Shown: positions 1 through 12,599 of the stretch, piece by piece
Position numbering within the stretch: the stretch's first letter is position 1
Layout: the number at the start of each line of letters is the position of its first letter
Assembly (NCBI RefSeq): GCF_006345805.1
Contig: NC_043009.1
Coordinates: forward strand, 5,518,001 to 5,582,000
DNA: 64,000 nt
DNA from: Octopus sinensis
Lineage: Eukaryota
Direction of reading: 5' to 3'
Notes under the pieces: generated by a model
Seen by the model: the letters and a program-made list of their open reading frames with translations, nothing else
What the model was told of the DNA's origin: nothing
Databases searched by the model: none
Made by a program: the position numbers and the translations under genes

Positions 1-56
1 TCCTGAGAATGTTTAGCATTCCATAATTAGCTGCTTGAGAATAACCTAACTTTTCT

Positions 57-60
<4 letters not shown>

Positions 61-121
<61 letters not shown>

Positions 122-122
122 A

Positions 123-192
<70 letters not shown>

Positions 193-193
193 C

Positions 194-265
<72 letters not shown>
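61..265. repeat. (TCTA)n microsatellite
   Basis: Near-perfect tetranucleotide run seen directly. Confidence 0.98.
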
Positions 266-266
<1 letters not shown>

Positions 267-354
267 CAATTATCTCTCTAAGTGTTTATCTATCTCTGAC
301 CCCTTTATTCAAGAATATGTGTATTTAATTCATATATATATATATATATGAATT

Positions 355-871
355 AAACAACAGGTTGTAGGGAGTGCCACGTGGATAAATCATTTGGTAG
401 GACAGAAAGAACAAAACATAATATGCGAGAAAATAGACGATAGCACGACAAACGGCAAAACAGGACAAACACTATATACACGACTCATCCGCAGCTGATT
501 TCCTCATCAGTCGGAGTTCCCTGCAGCTTTACGTGTATATTTTTGGATTTCTCGCTTTTACTTCGGTCCTTGTTTTCGTTCTTGTATACATTCGTTTGCC
601 TTTTCCCAGAGGCTTATTGCTTTTAGCTTACGTCCCTGGCATCCCCCGGATTCGAGTAGTCTTGGAGATAAGGGGGCGAAACTACAAGGACCTCCCGGAC
701 TCCGACTGACGAGGAAAGCGGCCCCGAATGATCGATGTATCTTGTTTATGTCCTGTTTGTCGTGCTATCGACTATTCTTCTGCATATTACGTGTTGTTAG
801 TTTCCGTTTGTTGTGTTCTTTCTGTCCTACGTTTGATTAACCCTTGCGGCGTTCCGTACAACCTGTTGTTT
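355..871. mobile_element. Two diverged head-to-head copies of a short repeat, possibly Penelope pLTR-like
   Basis: 355-~470 is an imperfect reverse complement of ~749-871. 500-517 matches the reverse complement of 699-716 at 17/18 positions (actccgactga[t/c]gaggaa). The left end lies a few bases from a (TA)n tract. Confidence 0.55.
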
Positions 872-1625
872 GCTTTGTTAAAAAAATATCACTTGAATAT
901 TATGAACTCCTTTCACCCTCTGTTCCTCGGTTTTCTCCCTTATTCCTTCCTTCTCTCTCTCTCTCTTCCCCTCCCCTCGTCCTTCAGTCCCTCTTTCTCT
1001 GCCTCTCTTCCCCTCCCTCTCGTTCTTAAGTCCCTCTGATTCCTTTACCCTCTATCATATTCCTTAGTCCCTCTGCCCTTTTCATCTCCTCCCATCTCCT
1101 ACCACGTGATCGCTGTCCGGATACGGTATTGTTATTTTTCGACCAGCCACCTTTCAGGTTGGTCACATTCATCTGTCCCGTCGCCCGATCTGTTAAGATT
1201 TTCCACTTTTCCTTTGTGCCAGCTTACTTTGTTCGTCTGATAGACGAAATACTATTTTTGTTATTTATTTATCTTGTAAACAGAAAGGCATTTACCATTG
1301 TATATGTATGTCTTTTTCTATTGTACTTGCATTTGTATTTCATAACGCTATATTCGCCCCAGCTGGCAGGGGTCATTGCCTACCCTTTCCAAATATAAGG
1401 ACACAGAAAATGTGTCAAAGCCGACAGGAGACGTCGATGTTTTCTGACGGGACAGTCACATTGAGTTGATAGTATACGACCACTATATCGCTCCACCACT
1501 CATGTCTCTTTGAGATATTTAGAAATTCAATATTTCTAATTTCGGTGATCAGTAAATAAATTTTACTGAAAATAGGATATATTTGCGAAGAGGTTGCAGT
1601 CATCTCAGCGAGCGAGACTGACTAC

Positions 1626-1671
1626 CCTGGACTGACGACGAGCAATAGACTCAGAAACATATGTCTTCAGG
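1626..1671 (+). ncRNA. Type I hammerhead ribozyme fold
   Basis: cctgga-CTGACGA-C-GAG(caataga)CTC-A-GAAAC-ATAT-GTC-ttcagg. Stem I cctgga/ttcagg, stem II GAG/CTC, palindromic stem III ACATATGT. Predicted cut after GUC at 1665. Confidence 0.8.
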
Positions 1672-1801
1672 TGCTAGTTCCATCTGGCGGGGGTGATTGC
1701 CTCCCCTTTGCAAATATAAGGTCACAGAAAATGTGTCAAAGCCGACAGGAGACGTCGATGTTTCCTAGGGCTAAATGGCAGTGGTGTAATTCCCTTACGG
1801 G

Positions 1802-2191
1802 TGGAAGCGCAATGGCCCAGTGGTTAGGGCAGCGGACTCGCGGTCATAGGATCGCGGTTCCGATTCCTAGACCGGGCGTTGTGAGTGTTTATTGAGCGAA
1901 AACACCTAAAGCTCCACGAGGCTCCGGCAGGGGATGGTGGTGATCCCTGCTGTGCTCTTTCACCACAACTTTCTCTCACTCTTACTTCCTGTTTCTGTTG
2001 TACCTGTATTTCAAAGGGCCGGCCTTGTCACTCTCTGTGTCACGCTGAATATCCCTGAGAACTACGTTAAGGGTACACGTGTCTGTGGAGTGCTCAGCTA
2101 CTTACACGTTAATTTCACGAGCAGGCTGTTCCGTTGATTCGGATCAACCGGAACCCTCGTCGTCGTAACCGACGGAGTGCTTCCATAATCC
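1802..2191 (+). mobile_element. tRNA-derived SINE with 14 bp target-site duplication
   Basis: tRNA-like head (tggcccagtggttaggg ... ggttccgattcc). TSD aattcccttacggg at 1788-1801 and 2192-2205. Confidence 0.85.
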
Positions 2192-2289
2192 AATTCCCTT
2201 ACGGGACTGTTACGTTGAGTTGACAGTATACAACCACTATATCGCTCCACCACCGCTCATGTCTCTCTGAGACATTTAGAAATTCAATA

Positions 2290-2414
<125 letters not shown>

Positions 2415-2546
2415 TTTTCGTTTTCTAGCAAATCTATTCAGAAGGCTTTGGTCGGTCCGAGGACATAGGAGGCGACACTTTGCCGAAGTTTCCACGGGAC
2501 TGGACCCAGAACGATGTGGTTGAGAATCAAACTTCTTGACACACAG
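2415..2546 (-). mobile_element. SINE family B fragment
   Basis: Diverged reverse complement of the family B head seen at 23397 and 63933. Confidence 0.6.
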
Positions 2547-3879
2547 ATACATCTGCGTCTATCTCTCTCTCTTCATATATATGTGTGTGTGAGTGTGTAT
2601 GTGCATGTATCTGCGTAAATGTATATAGGTATATAAGTGGGTATGTGCATACAGCCGTACATAAATACACGTACACGGAGAATAATAACTGTACATATTC
2701 CCCGGATGTTTATACCAATGTTGTAACAATATTTTTACTGATAAAAACATTCGGATTAGATTTGGGCGTGGTTGATATAGTTGAATTGACTTATTCATAT
2801 ACTTGCAGTATTTAATATTCCTTTCTATGTTCCAATGTGATCCCTAGAGATGTGATTGGTAGTAAACTGAATCTTGGAAAAACCGACACCGATATTACCT
2901 AAGCGATTTCTTAGATTTCGACACCCCAACATGGCTAAATCTAATCTAATACTGTTTTTAATGTAATGTATAACAATAGTATTACTGGTGCCCTTCTTCT
3001 TCCTCTTCTTCATTTCTCCCTCCACCTTTTCTCTTATTATTTCGTTCTTCCTTTGTCTCTCCTTCTTCCAATTTTGCTTTTCTTGTTCTCTCAGTTTTCT
3101 TTCATTCTTTCTTTCTTCTTTTCTTTCTATTCTTTCCAGGAATAAATCTTAGAATAGCATAGAAACAACCAAGAAGATTGATAAGTCCGTCTGATGGTAT
3201 AACAACAAAAAATACGTTCGTTGACGCTACCCATGGAAACGGTATAGCGTATATTAGTTTAGAAAAACCTTAGATCTATTGACGTTTTAAAGTAATAGAC
3301 ACCGAGGAAACCCCTTATCAGTAGAACCTATCCATTTGAAAAAAAAAAACAACCCTGACTAGATAGCAACTGTATAGTGTGTAGAGTAAGGTCACAGATA
3401 AACTGTACATATACAAATGTAGTTTATAGTAAACTGTATACTGAGAGACGGTGCAGAATCGGGACAACGGCATACATTCCGTCAAGGGAATACTGGTTTT
3501 GTTATTAACAAATTAGAACATGAATATAGCACGCAAAACGATAGCAAAGTGGTGAAAACAACTATTATAACTGAGACTCATGTAGCATGTTTAAATGCAC
3601 GACTGTACTATTCTGCAGCGAATATAGTAATAATAATCAAAATAGCATGGCAACCATGCAGTTAATCTCTGAGGTTGATGAAATAAAGTATCTCCATATC
3701 ACTGGAGCTGATGGTAAATTTTATGCTCTGACCCTCATTTTTATTTCGTTCATATTTCCTTGAGTTTCGGGTACGCTTTTCTCCCTTTCACAAACATTAA
3801 AATGCAGTACCAGTCAAGTAAAAGTGTTGAATGTATCGACTAAATCCGGTACCACAGTATTGCTGGTTGTGTGCCAAAG

Positions 3880-4020
3880 CGAGAATACGAAGACGACGAC
3901 CACCATCACCACCTTCACCCATACCATCGCCACCACCACCATCACCATGTCATCATCAACTTCAACATCAACATCATCATCATCATCATCAACATCAACA
4001 ACATCGTCATCGTCATCATC

Positions 4021-4051
<31 letters not shown>

Positions 4052-4385
4052 ACCTCATCATCATCATCATCATCATCATTTTTATTACAAAAAGTGCCGA
4101 TAAACGCGCCAACCAGGTGAAAGAAGACGCTAATAATTTTAACGTTCACGGGGTCAGTAATTTTTCCTGGTTGTTCCCATTGAGGATGAGGAATGGATGA
4201 TGATAATGATGATGATGATGAGGAGGAGGAGGAGGAGTAGGAGGAGGGGTAGGGGGAAGGATGAGGTGGAGGAGGACAACGACGAAGACGAAAACTGCAA
4301 TGAGAGCGATGATAGTGATGCTGATGCAATGGTAATGACGACGATGTTTTGCAGATGGCGACGACGAAGACGTTGATGACGATAG
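3880..4385. repeat. Compound trinucleotide repeats (CAC/CAT, GAT, GAG, GAC)
   Basis: Seen directly. Explains the poly-H/S/I/D ORFs in the track. Confidence 0.9.
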
Positions 4386-4944
4386 TAAGGAACAGGGTGG
4401 GAGTGATTCCGCTTAGTGTCGTTGGTGCCAACGTGACATACTGGAAAACACTCAGCGTTGAAGCATTATTTCAATACTATTAAAGTATACAGAATAAATT
4501 ATGAATTTTGGTGGTGGGGACGAGACAAAGAAAGAAGATATACTAGAAGCACTTCATATTTAAATGAAAACAAGAATACAAACACCCAAAACAAATATAC
4601 TAAATTCAAAATATTATTTTGTGATAAAGGGGGAAAAAAAAAAACGAAATTTAAATCAAGCCAGTAATATCAAAATTAAAATCACTGATGCTGGTAATGG
4701 AATCATAGGGTGGACAGAGAGATGGGGTGGTCGGAGGTTTGTAGTTTATTTGGCAATATAGTGTTGGCGTTGACTGAAACATTGAATGGGCTGAAGCGAG
4801 AATAGGTGGGTTGAGTGGTTTCAAGTGGTACAAGGGAGGCGGTGTTTGGGAGGGGGGGAGTTGGAATAAGGACGCGTAAGTGTTTGTTTTAGCGAAGAAT
4901 TTTCTTTATAAAAAATACGTTATTTTAATATGCGTGTGTGTATG

Positions 4945-5009
<65 letters not shown>

Positions 5010-5289
5010 CGTGCTTGTATGCATCTGTATATTCATATATCTACATTTACACACATATATATTTATATACTTTTAATATATCATATATATACATTTATAT
5101 ATATATACATATATATACATTTATATATATATACATTTATATATATATATATATGCATATAAATACATACATACGTACATATATACATATATATATATAT
5201 ATATATACTATTCTTTTAAATGTACGAGTGTGTATTCATAGCGCAATGATAGACGGTTATATTTTGGACCTATGTTAGCAGAGAAAAAG

Positions 5290-5307
5290 TGAGTGAGAGA
5301 GAGAGAA

Positions 5308-5378
<71 letters not shown>
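5290..5378. repeat. (AG)n microsatellite
   Basis: Seen directly. Confidence 0.95.
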
Positions 5379-5379
<1 letters not shown>

Positions 5380-6137
5380 ACTTCACGTTAAGTGAGTTTC
5401 ATTTTAACAATTTTAATTCAGATATTCAGGGCTTGATAAAACGTGTCATTGATTCTTTCTACTCCTCTCACTCTCACTCCTTCAGTAAAAAGAAACGAAG
5501 AAAAAAAAGAATGAAACGAAACAAAAAATACTGAGAACTTTAAAAAGGCAGCGAGAGAGGTGACGAAAAGAAAGTCTATATCTTTTTTCTTTTCTTTTTA
5601 TTCTGCCTGCTTTTTAACGGAAACTTAAGAAATGTAGATTTCGAAGATTGGTGATAAGAAGGCTGTGTCCATAGGGTTGGTTGGATATTCTTTATGGAAT
5701 GTTGTTTACAATGAAGTGATAATGTTTTTCTTAAAAATTTTCTAATTTTATTTTTGTTTACTATCAGAAAACAATCAAACATTTCTGGGAGTTATGTGTG
5801 TATTTGCGTGCAATTATATTTTCCGATGCCTATTTTTTTTTCTCTTCATGTCTCCATTCAATTTTGCAAATATATTTTGCTCGTTGTTTTCGTGTCTTTT
5901 TCTGTAACTGGCGAGACCTAAACAGGTTCCAGTTTTTCATGTAAACCTGGAATTCATTTTCTTTATTACTGCATGAGCATATACAAATAGGTATGTATAT
6001 ATATGTATATACAGGTGCATAAATTTAAACATATAAATATAAATATATATATATATACGTATATGTATGGAGTGTATATATAAATATATATATATATTAT
6101 ATATATATTTGTATATATATATATTTATAATATATAT

Positions 6138-6194
<57 letters not shown>

Positions 6195-7240
6195 TTGTAA
6201 TATATATACATACATATATGCCTGTGTGAATGTATAAATGTATATGTATGCTTATATGCATGGTTATATATATATATGTTATTGTTATTATTGTTATTAT
6301 TATTATTACTATATTCGAATATATATGAATATGTGAGCATGTTTACACTGAATGTGAACGCGCGGGCATGTTTGAGTTCGTTAGTGTGTGTGAAAGAGAG
6401 AGAGAGAGTATGTGTGCATGTGTGTGTATGCGCGCGCGCGTGCGTGTGTGTGTGAGTGTGCGCGAATGAAAGGAACATTTTTGCCTTCGAAAATGTTGAA
6501 AGAAATGTGCTCAAGTAGAATACCGTTTATAAATCATTTTCCGATGACGTACATATGCGTACTTAATACGCTCTGGCAGATTCGAACGTGAAGTTGAGAA
6601 TCGCTAATCACAGCTGTATTCGTTCATGCAGAGCATTTGTTTCAGATGAACGTCTGTTCAAAACACTCTCAATTCACTAGTGTAAGGAGATTTGGAAATA
6701 CCCGGTGTTTCTATTCTTTTCTATCTCCAAAAGCAATACTACTGCAGTCCAATGAACCTAACAAGAGATTTTGGCCCTTGTCTTCTTGATGTGTGATGCT
6801 AACATTATCCTAAATGCAAGTGCAGCGAAGTATAACTAGGGTAGAGATTTTCATTCTTAATATGTTTCGGCCGATTCGAACATTTCTATGCTAATCGCTG
6901 GTGTATTTAATCATTGGAGAAGAAACCACCCTTTCAGACGAATTTATGTTCATAAAACAATTTTTCGTATTTTCATATTAACTGCCATCATATTCTGTGT
7001 GATTAACATTTTAAAGCCTTCTCGACTTTAGCTTCTGAATGATGTTATGCAAACGGTGCATTATTGAGGCAGTCTCTTAAAACAGAAACGTATCTGTGTA
7101 TGATGAACCAATAAAATCTGTATTTCCAAGTTGTCTCCCTCTATATATACATCCTCACACATACATATATACGCACTCATACACACATACGAATACACAC
7201 ACATAGACATGCACACAAACAAAACACACACACACACCAC

Positions 7241-7282
<42 letters not shown>

Positions 7283-7288
7283 ATATAT

Positions 7289-7740
7289 TTATTGGTGAAT
7301 TGAAGAAATGGAGCTGAACGCAGATTGAACAGAAATCGTTTTTATTCATTCTACACGTGTTTCGAAAGGCACAAATTACCAAAATCCGATTGAATAATGG
7401 GACCATATTGTGTCTTTCTCTTCAGGAAGAAAAAAGGAAATCCGTTGGAAAAACAAAAACAGAACAGAGGCGGAGCAAAAACAAATCGAACTATGCTCCT
7501 AAGAGCCCATGAGTTTCGCCATGGGCTCTTAGGAGCATAGTTCGATTTGTTTTTGCTCCGCCTCTGTTCTGTTTTTGTTTTTCCAACGGATTTCCTTTTT
7601 TCTTCCTGAAGAGAAAGACACAATATGGTCCCATTATTCAATCGGATTTTGTAATTTGTGCCTTTCGAACACGTGTAGAATGAAATAAAACGATTTCTGT
7701 TCAATCTGCGTTCAGCTCCATTTCTTCAATTCACCAATAA
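7289..7740. repeat. Near-perfect ~220 bp inverted repeat with 8 nt loop
   Basis: Arms 7289-7511 and 7520-7740, loop agtttcgc at 7512-7519. The arms differ by only a few indels. Confidence 0.95.
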
Positions 7741-7866
7741 TGTTTTAATTTCAATTCCGCACCAACGCACGGTTGCAACGCCAGATGGTTGTACCTCCAA
7801 CGTGCTGTTTACTGCTGTGATTTTTGCTACTAAGGTATCGGTTAAACTTTTGATTAATCTACTACA
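7520..7866 (-). mobile_element. Possible decayed mariner 5' end (TIR-like sequence plus transposase N-terminus)
   Basis: The minus strand has a mariner-TIR-like stretch (ttaatcaaaagttt) followed by ATGGAGCTGAAC (MELN) and a frameshifted RFISFY...EEKRKSV, which resembles mariner N-termini. Similarity judged by eye only. Confidence 0.35.
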
Positions 7867-7890
7867 AGATTATTCATCTTTCTATTTCAC

Positions 7891-7964
<74 letters not shown>

Positions 7965-8196
7965 TGCTAAACATAGAGGGGACAAACAAGGACAAACAAA
8001 CGGATTAAGTCGAGCGAAATAAGACAAGGTAGAAAATATTAAAATAATATCATCATGAACTACATTTTGCAACGGTTAGTTACGACTTTTTTCAACTAAG
8101 TGTAAAAGAAAGCTGGATATTAATTCAGAAGGAAAACTGAAATGAAATGTCTTGTAAATATTTTCATAGTCTTCAAATAGGTAGGACATTTTCCTT

Positions 8197-8266
8197 GCTG
8201 TCTGTCTGTCTGTCTGTCTCTCTGTCTCTGTCTCTGTCACTGTCTGTCTTTCTGTCTCTCTCTGTT

Positions 8267-8317
<51 letters not shown>
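8197..8317. repeat. (CTGT)n/(CT)n microsatellite
   Basis: Seen directly. Confidence 0.95.
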
Positions 8318-8320
<3 letters not shown>

Positions 8321-9185
8321 CCTTTGTGATTGCTCGGTAGTTGTAGATTTGAAAGAAAAAAAATAGTGTTTATGGGTGTGCAGAGAAGTATTTGGTTCTG
8401 AAGTTTGATGGGTTAAGCAGCAGCTGTTGAGGAAGGAGAAGGCAAAGGAGGAGAAAAGGGAGGAAGAAGAAGAAGAAGAAGAAGAAGAGAAGAAGAAGAA
8501 GAAGAGTGGTATGATCCAGTAGAATCTACTTTAATGCTAACGTGACTTAAACTGACCTGTTTTAGCAGAAGTAGCAGAAACTGTTCTAAATAAATTCTTG
8601 GGTAGTGACCGTTCTTAATATATCTATCGTTTTTAATATTTGCGTGGGTATTGTTCTAAGATTCTTGTAGTTGTGTCATCTGTGGTGGAGGCATTCAAAA
8701 AAGGTTTATATTTTGCGATAAAATATGATCCTTTTTTAATGCATAGGTTTCATTGTCCCTAAAGTTATAGAAGGGTAAAATTCTAGAGGTTGGTTATTCA
8801 TTAGTGGCGCAAATGTCAATGTGTTCACTTAATGTTATATTTATGTCTCCTTTATTCTGGGAATTATGTACGGTCATCCTCTAGCGTAAACTGTTTTTGT
8901 TTGACCATTGCATCGTTCTCGATAATCTTAGACAGAAAAAAAAAAAAAAAAAACGAAAATGCCCTACCTATTTGAAAACTGTCGAAATATCTACAAAACA
9001 TTTATTTTAATTTTTTTCTTCAATTGAATTGTTTTTCTTCTTAATTAATACCCACCTTAGTTTCCCAAAAAGTGGAAAAGGTTGAAACCTGCACTAAACG
9101 TTACAAAATGTATTTCATGATAAAATTATTTTAGCATTTTCTACCTTGTCTCTCTCTCCCTCTCTTTCTACCTCTCTCTCACTCA

Positions 9186-9240
<55 letters not shown>

Positions 9241-9243
<3 letters not shown>

Positions 9244-9970
9244 CAATAATAATTCTCTAAAAGAGATATAGACAGTAACTGCTCGATAACATAAGGGACT
9301 AAAGCCATCTGAATATGGCTAGGGACAGGGCAGGGTGGTGGGGGTGTTACTGTTGCATTTAGCCCCAGGCGAACATCGACGTCACCAGAAAGGCCCGACA
9401 CCGTCACGGTGTCCTTTAACCTGCAAAGGTCCGTGTGTGGTTCCCGCTTCATCGGGTAATTACCTCCCTTTGCAGGTTAAAGGACACCGTGACGGTGTCG
9501 GGCCTTTCTGGTGACGTCGATGTTCGGCTGGGGCTAAATGCAACAGTAACACCCCCACCACCCTGCCGTGTCCCTAGCCATATTCAGCTGGCTTTAGTCC
9601 CTTATGTTATCGAGCAGTTACTGTCTATATCTCTTTTAGAGAATTATTATTGCTTTCGAACAGATTTTCGAAATCAGCAAATGTATTTTGCTTGAAAATC
9701 TATATAAGAATATCCTGCAGAGTGAGAATTCGTCGAGGAAGCGGAAGCCTACCACACGCCGACGATAGGCAATACATCTTGAAACCATGGTCCGTGTGTG
9801 GTTTCCGCTTCATCGGGGAATTACCTCCCTTTGCAGGTTAAAGGACACCGTGACGGTGTCGGGCCTTTCTGGTGACGTCGATGTTCGCCTGGGGCTAAAT
9901 GCAACAGTAATACCCCCACCACCCTGCCCTGTCCCTAGCCATATTCAGATGGCTTTAGTCCCTTATGTTA
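9241..9970 (+). mobile_element. Retrozyme-like / Penelope-derived element: inverted 5' arm plus ~1.5 tandem units of 361 bp
   Basis: 9241-9429 is the reverse complement of ~9467-9653. Direct repeat tccgtgtgtgg at 9430 and 9791. (TA)n on both sides. Hammerhead at the unit junction. Confidence 0.8.
9740..9811 (+). ncRNA. Type I hammerhead ribozyme fold with extended stem I (U4C core variant)
   Basis: cacacg-CCGACGA-T-AGG(caataca)TCT-T-GAAAC-CATG-GTC-cgtgtg. Stem I extends through accac/gtggt and gaagcggaa/ttccgcttc. Stem III palindrome ACCATGGT. Predicted cut after 9792. Confidence 0.75.
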
Positions 9971-10159
9971 TATATATATATATATATATATAAAGAGGGC
10001 AAGCAACAGGTTGCTTAGCCACATACCGAAAAATCAGAAATAGCAGTCAAAGATTGTTTATTTCTATTTTCTACAAATATGACTCCACATACAACATATT
10101 CATGTAATTCACATATGTAAACAGAAGGAAAAAATTACGAAAGCAAAGTCTAGGTTTAG

Positions 10160-10216
10160 TTACGGACGTTTCTGGATTATAATTATATATCAATTCATTT
10201 CCCTTCCTACCGATAA
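10160..10216 (-). ncRNA. Degenerate hammerhead-like remnant
   Basis: ttatcg-gtagga-A-GGGA...TCC-A-GAAAC-GTC-cgtaa. The CUGANGA box is broken. Confidence 0.3.
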
Positions 10217-10736
10217 TGGTTATATTTACATACCGAAAACTACCGGAAAATAATTTTTGTTTTTTTAAAATTAATAATCATTTACCCTTATATTATTAAT
10301 ATTTATATATATATATATAATAAATATTAGGGAATAAATCCAAATTTACAGGGAAAAAAACAGATTTAGGATTAAATCCAATTTTATAGTAAAATTAATT
10401 GACTATTTATTAAAATTTTATGTATTGATTAAGTCTTTCCTTGTTTGTTTTGCAAAATAGTGGTTTTGTCTCTAATAATATTTATATATATATATATAAT
10501 GTGGAACTATTAATCTCAACACATTGTTTTCTCTCATTAATCTCTATTCTCCCTCCCTCCCTCCCTCTACCTCTTTCTCCCTTTGTTTTCCTCTCATCCG
10601 TTCCTGCCGAACAGCGTAGGCTTGAAACCTCAAAGACTGTCCCATTTTCTCGATCGTCAAACCAGTACACTTAGTTGATGTTCCCCTCACCTGTCTCCGT
10701 TTTACATGTTTCTTTGTACATTTGAACTATCTCTCC

Positions 10737-10823
<87 letters not shown>

Positions 10824-11311
10824 CGTCGTTCCTGTTACCTAAAATTATTTTTGGTGCATCACATCTCTTCGATCTTCGTTCTCGTATCTTTCTAAAAGTA
10901 TTGTTTTTTTTGTGGCATATCTTAGTTTTGAAGTTTCTTCTTTTGAAAATATTCCTGCTCAGTTTATTTAATATACACTTTCATGTACCCACAACGTAAT
11001 AGGTTATGCTTTGAGCTGCAATTGTATTGGTGTTCGATTAAATCTTATAGCCTTGAGTTAAAACGGTAACTTTTAAGACCGTTTGTGAGAGAAGATCACT
11101 CAAATGTTCACCATTTAAAGACAAATAAATATTGCAGATGTATTACGACAATATCTACGTAGGAAGCATCTACAATCGCGTCTCACGTAGAATACTTTGG
11201 ATTATTATCTCCTTCTACGGTGCTACACAGAAAGAGTCAGACATCAACACACACATATACAAGCACATATATGTAAAATGCAGTACGTGTGTATGTGTGT
11301 GTATATATATA

Positions 11312-11542
11312 TATTTCTTTACTGCCCACAAGGGGCTAAACATAGAGGGGACAAACAAGAACAGACAAACGAATTAAGTCGATTACATCGACCCCAGGGC
11401 AAAACTGGTACTTAATTTATCGACCCCGAAAGGATGAAAGGCAAAGTCGACCTCGGCGTAATTTGAGCTCAGAATGTAACGGCAGACGAAATACGGCTAT
11501 GCATTTCGCCCGCCGTGCTAACGTTTCTGCCAACTCGCTGCC
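11312..11542 (-). mobile_element. tRNA-derived SINE family A
   Basis: Reverse complement of the family seen at 29544, 40030 and 46961 (body ...gaggtcgactttgcctttcatcc...gtaaagaaata). Confidence 0.85.
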
Positions 11543-11621
11543 TTGTGTGTATATATAAATGTGTGTGTATGTCTGCGAGCGTATATAATATATATATATA
11601 TATTATTTTATTTTATCCTTT

Positions 11622-12045
11622 TATTCTTTTACTTGTCACAGTAATTGTGACTGAGGCCATGCTGGAGCATTGCCCTTTAGTCGAAAGATTTAGATTCCTG
11701 GACTTATTCTTTGTAAGCTTGATACTTATTCTATCGGACTTTTTGCCGAACGGCCATGTTACGGAGACATAGTCACACCAATATTGGTTATGAAACGATA
11801 GCTGAGGGACAAAGATAGACACGAACACACAAATATGTACACACGCACTCACACATACATACATGTATATATCTATCTATATATATATATACTACACGCT
11901 TCGTTCAGTGTACATCTATCAAATCCACTCACAAGGCTTTGGTCGGTCCGAGGCTATAGTAGAAGACACTTGCCTGAGATGACACGCAGTGGAACTGAAC
12001 CCGATATCATGTGGTTGGAAATCAAGCTTATTACTACACACCCAC
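11622..12045 (-). mobile_element. SINE family B, near full length
   Basis: Reverse complement of the copy at 23397-23795, with an internal microsatellite. Confidence 0.8.
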
Positions 12046-12599
12046 ATATAATATATATATATATATGTATATAATATTTATATTATATACCTGTATATCT
12101 TATATATAACAAATAATATGTTACACTCACTAAAGCACACAATCACTTGCGCGCACACACAGTGACAAACACATACACAGCGTACATCAACAGATGCAAT
12201 TCATGGACGTCACATCAGATCACTTGGTGTTTTTATTCTTACAACGTAGATTCTTATGAGGGTGACCCGAGCCGGGTTGATCAAACTTAGGTCTTTTCTT
12301 AAAAAGAGTTGTCCTGCGCCCACCGATCAATACTCGGAAAAAAACAAGAGAAGTTTTCGTTTATTTGCGGGAAGCTGGTAAAAGATAGTCAAAAAATTAC
12401 TACTTAGTCGTTTAAACTATCAGCAATTTTTAATAATCTTAAATAAATGTTGTTCGGTCTCAGATTGGCTACTTTTTATGTATCCTTCTATTTCTTGGAA
12501 CGGCTCTATGTATTGCTAGAAAAACAATAGCGCTGGAGGGCATTCATGTTTTCAAGTTGTAGTTGAGAAAAAGGTTTGCTGTGAAAAAAACCCACTTAA

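Noticed and set aside
1802-1875. tRNA gene
   Set aside because: The tRNA-like sequence continues into a SINE body bounded by a TSD. The other tRNA-like heads are likewise SINEs.
3814-4431. Long ORFs with poly-Ser/His/Asp/Ile
   Set aside because: Fully explained by trinucleotide microsatellites. The same applies to the YI/HT/RE-rich ORFs throughout the window.
6428-6470. Alternating CG/TG tract (Z-DNA potential); similar tract at 21936-21970
   Set aside because: Ordinary microsatellite variation in this genome.
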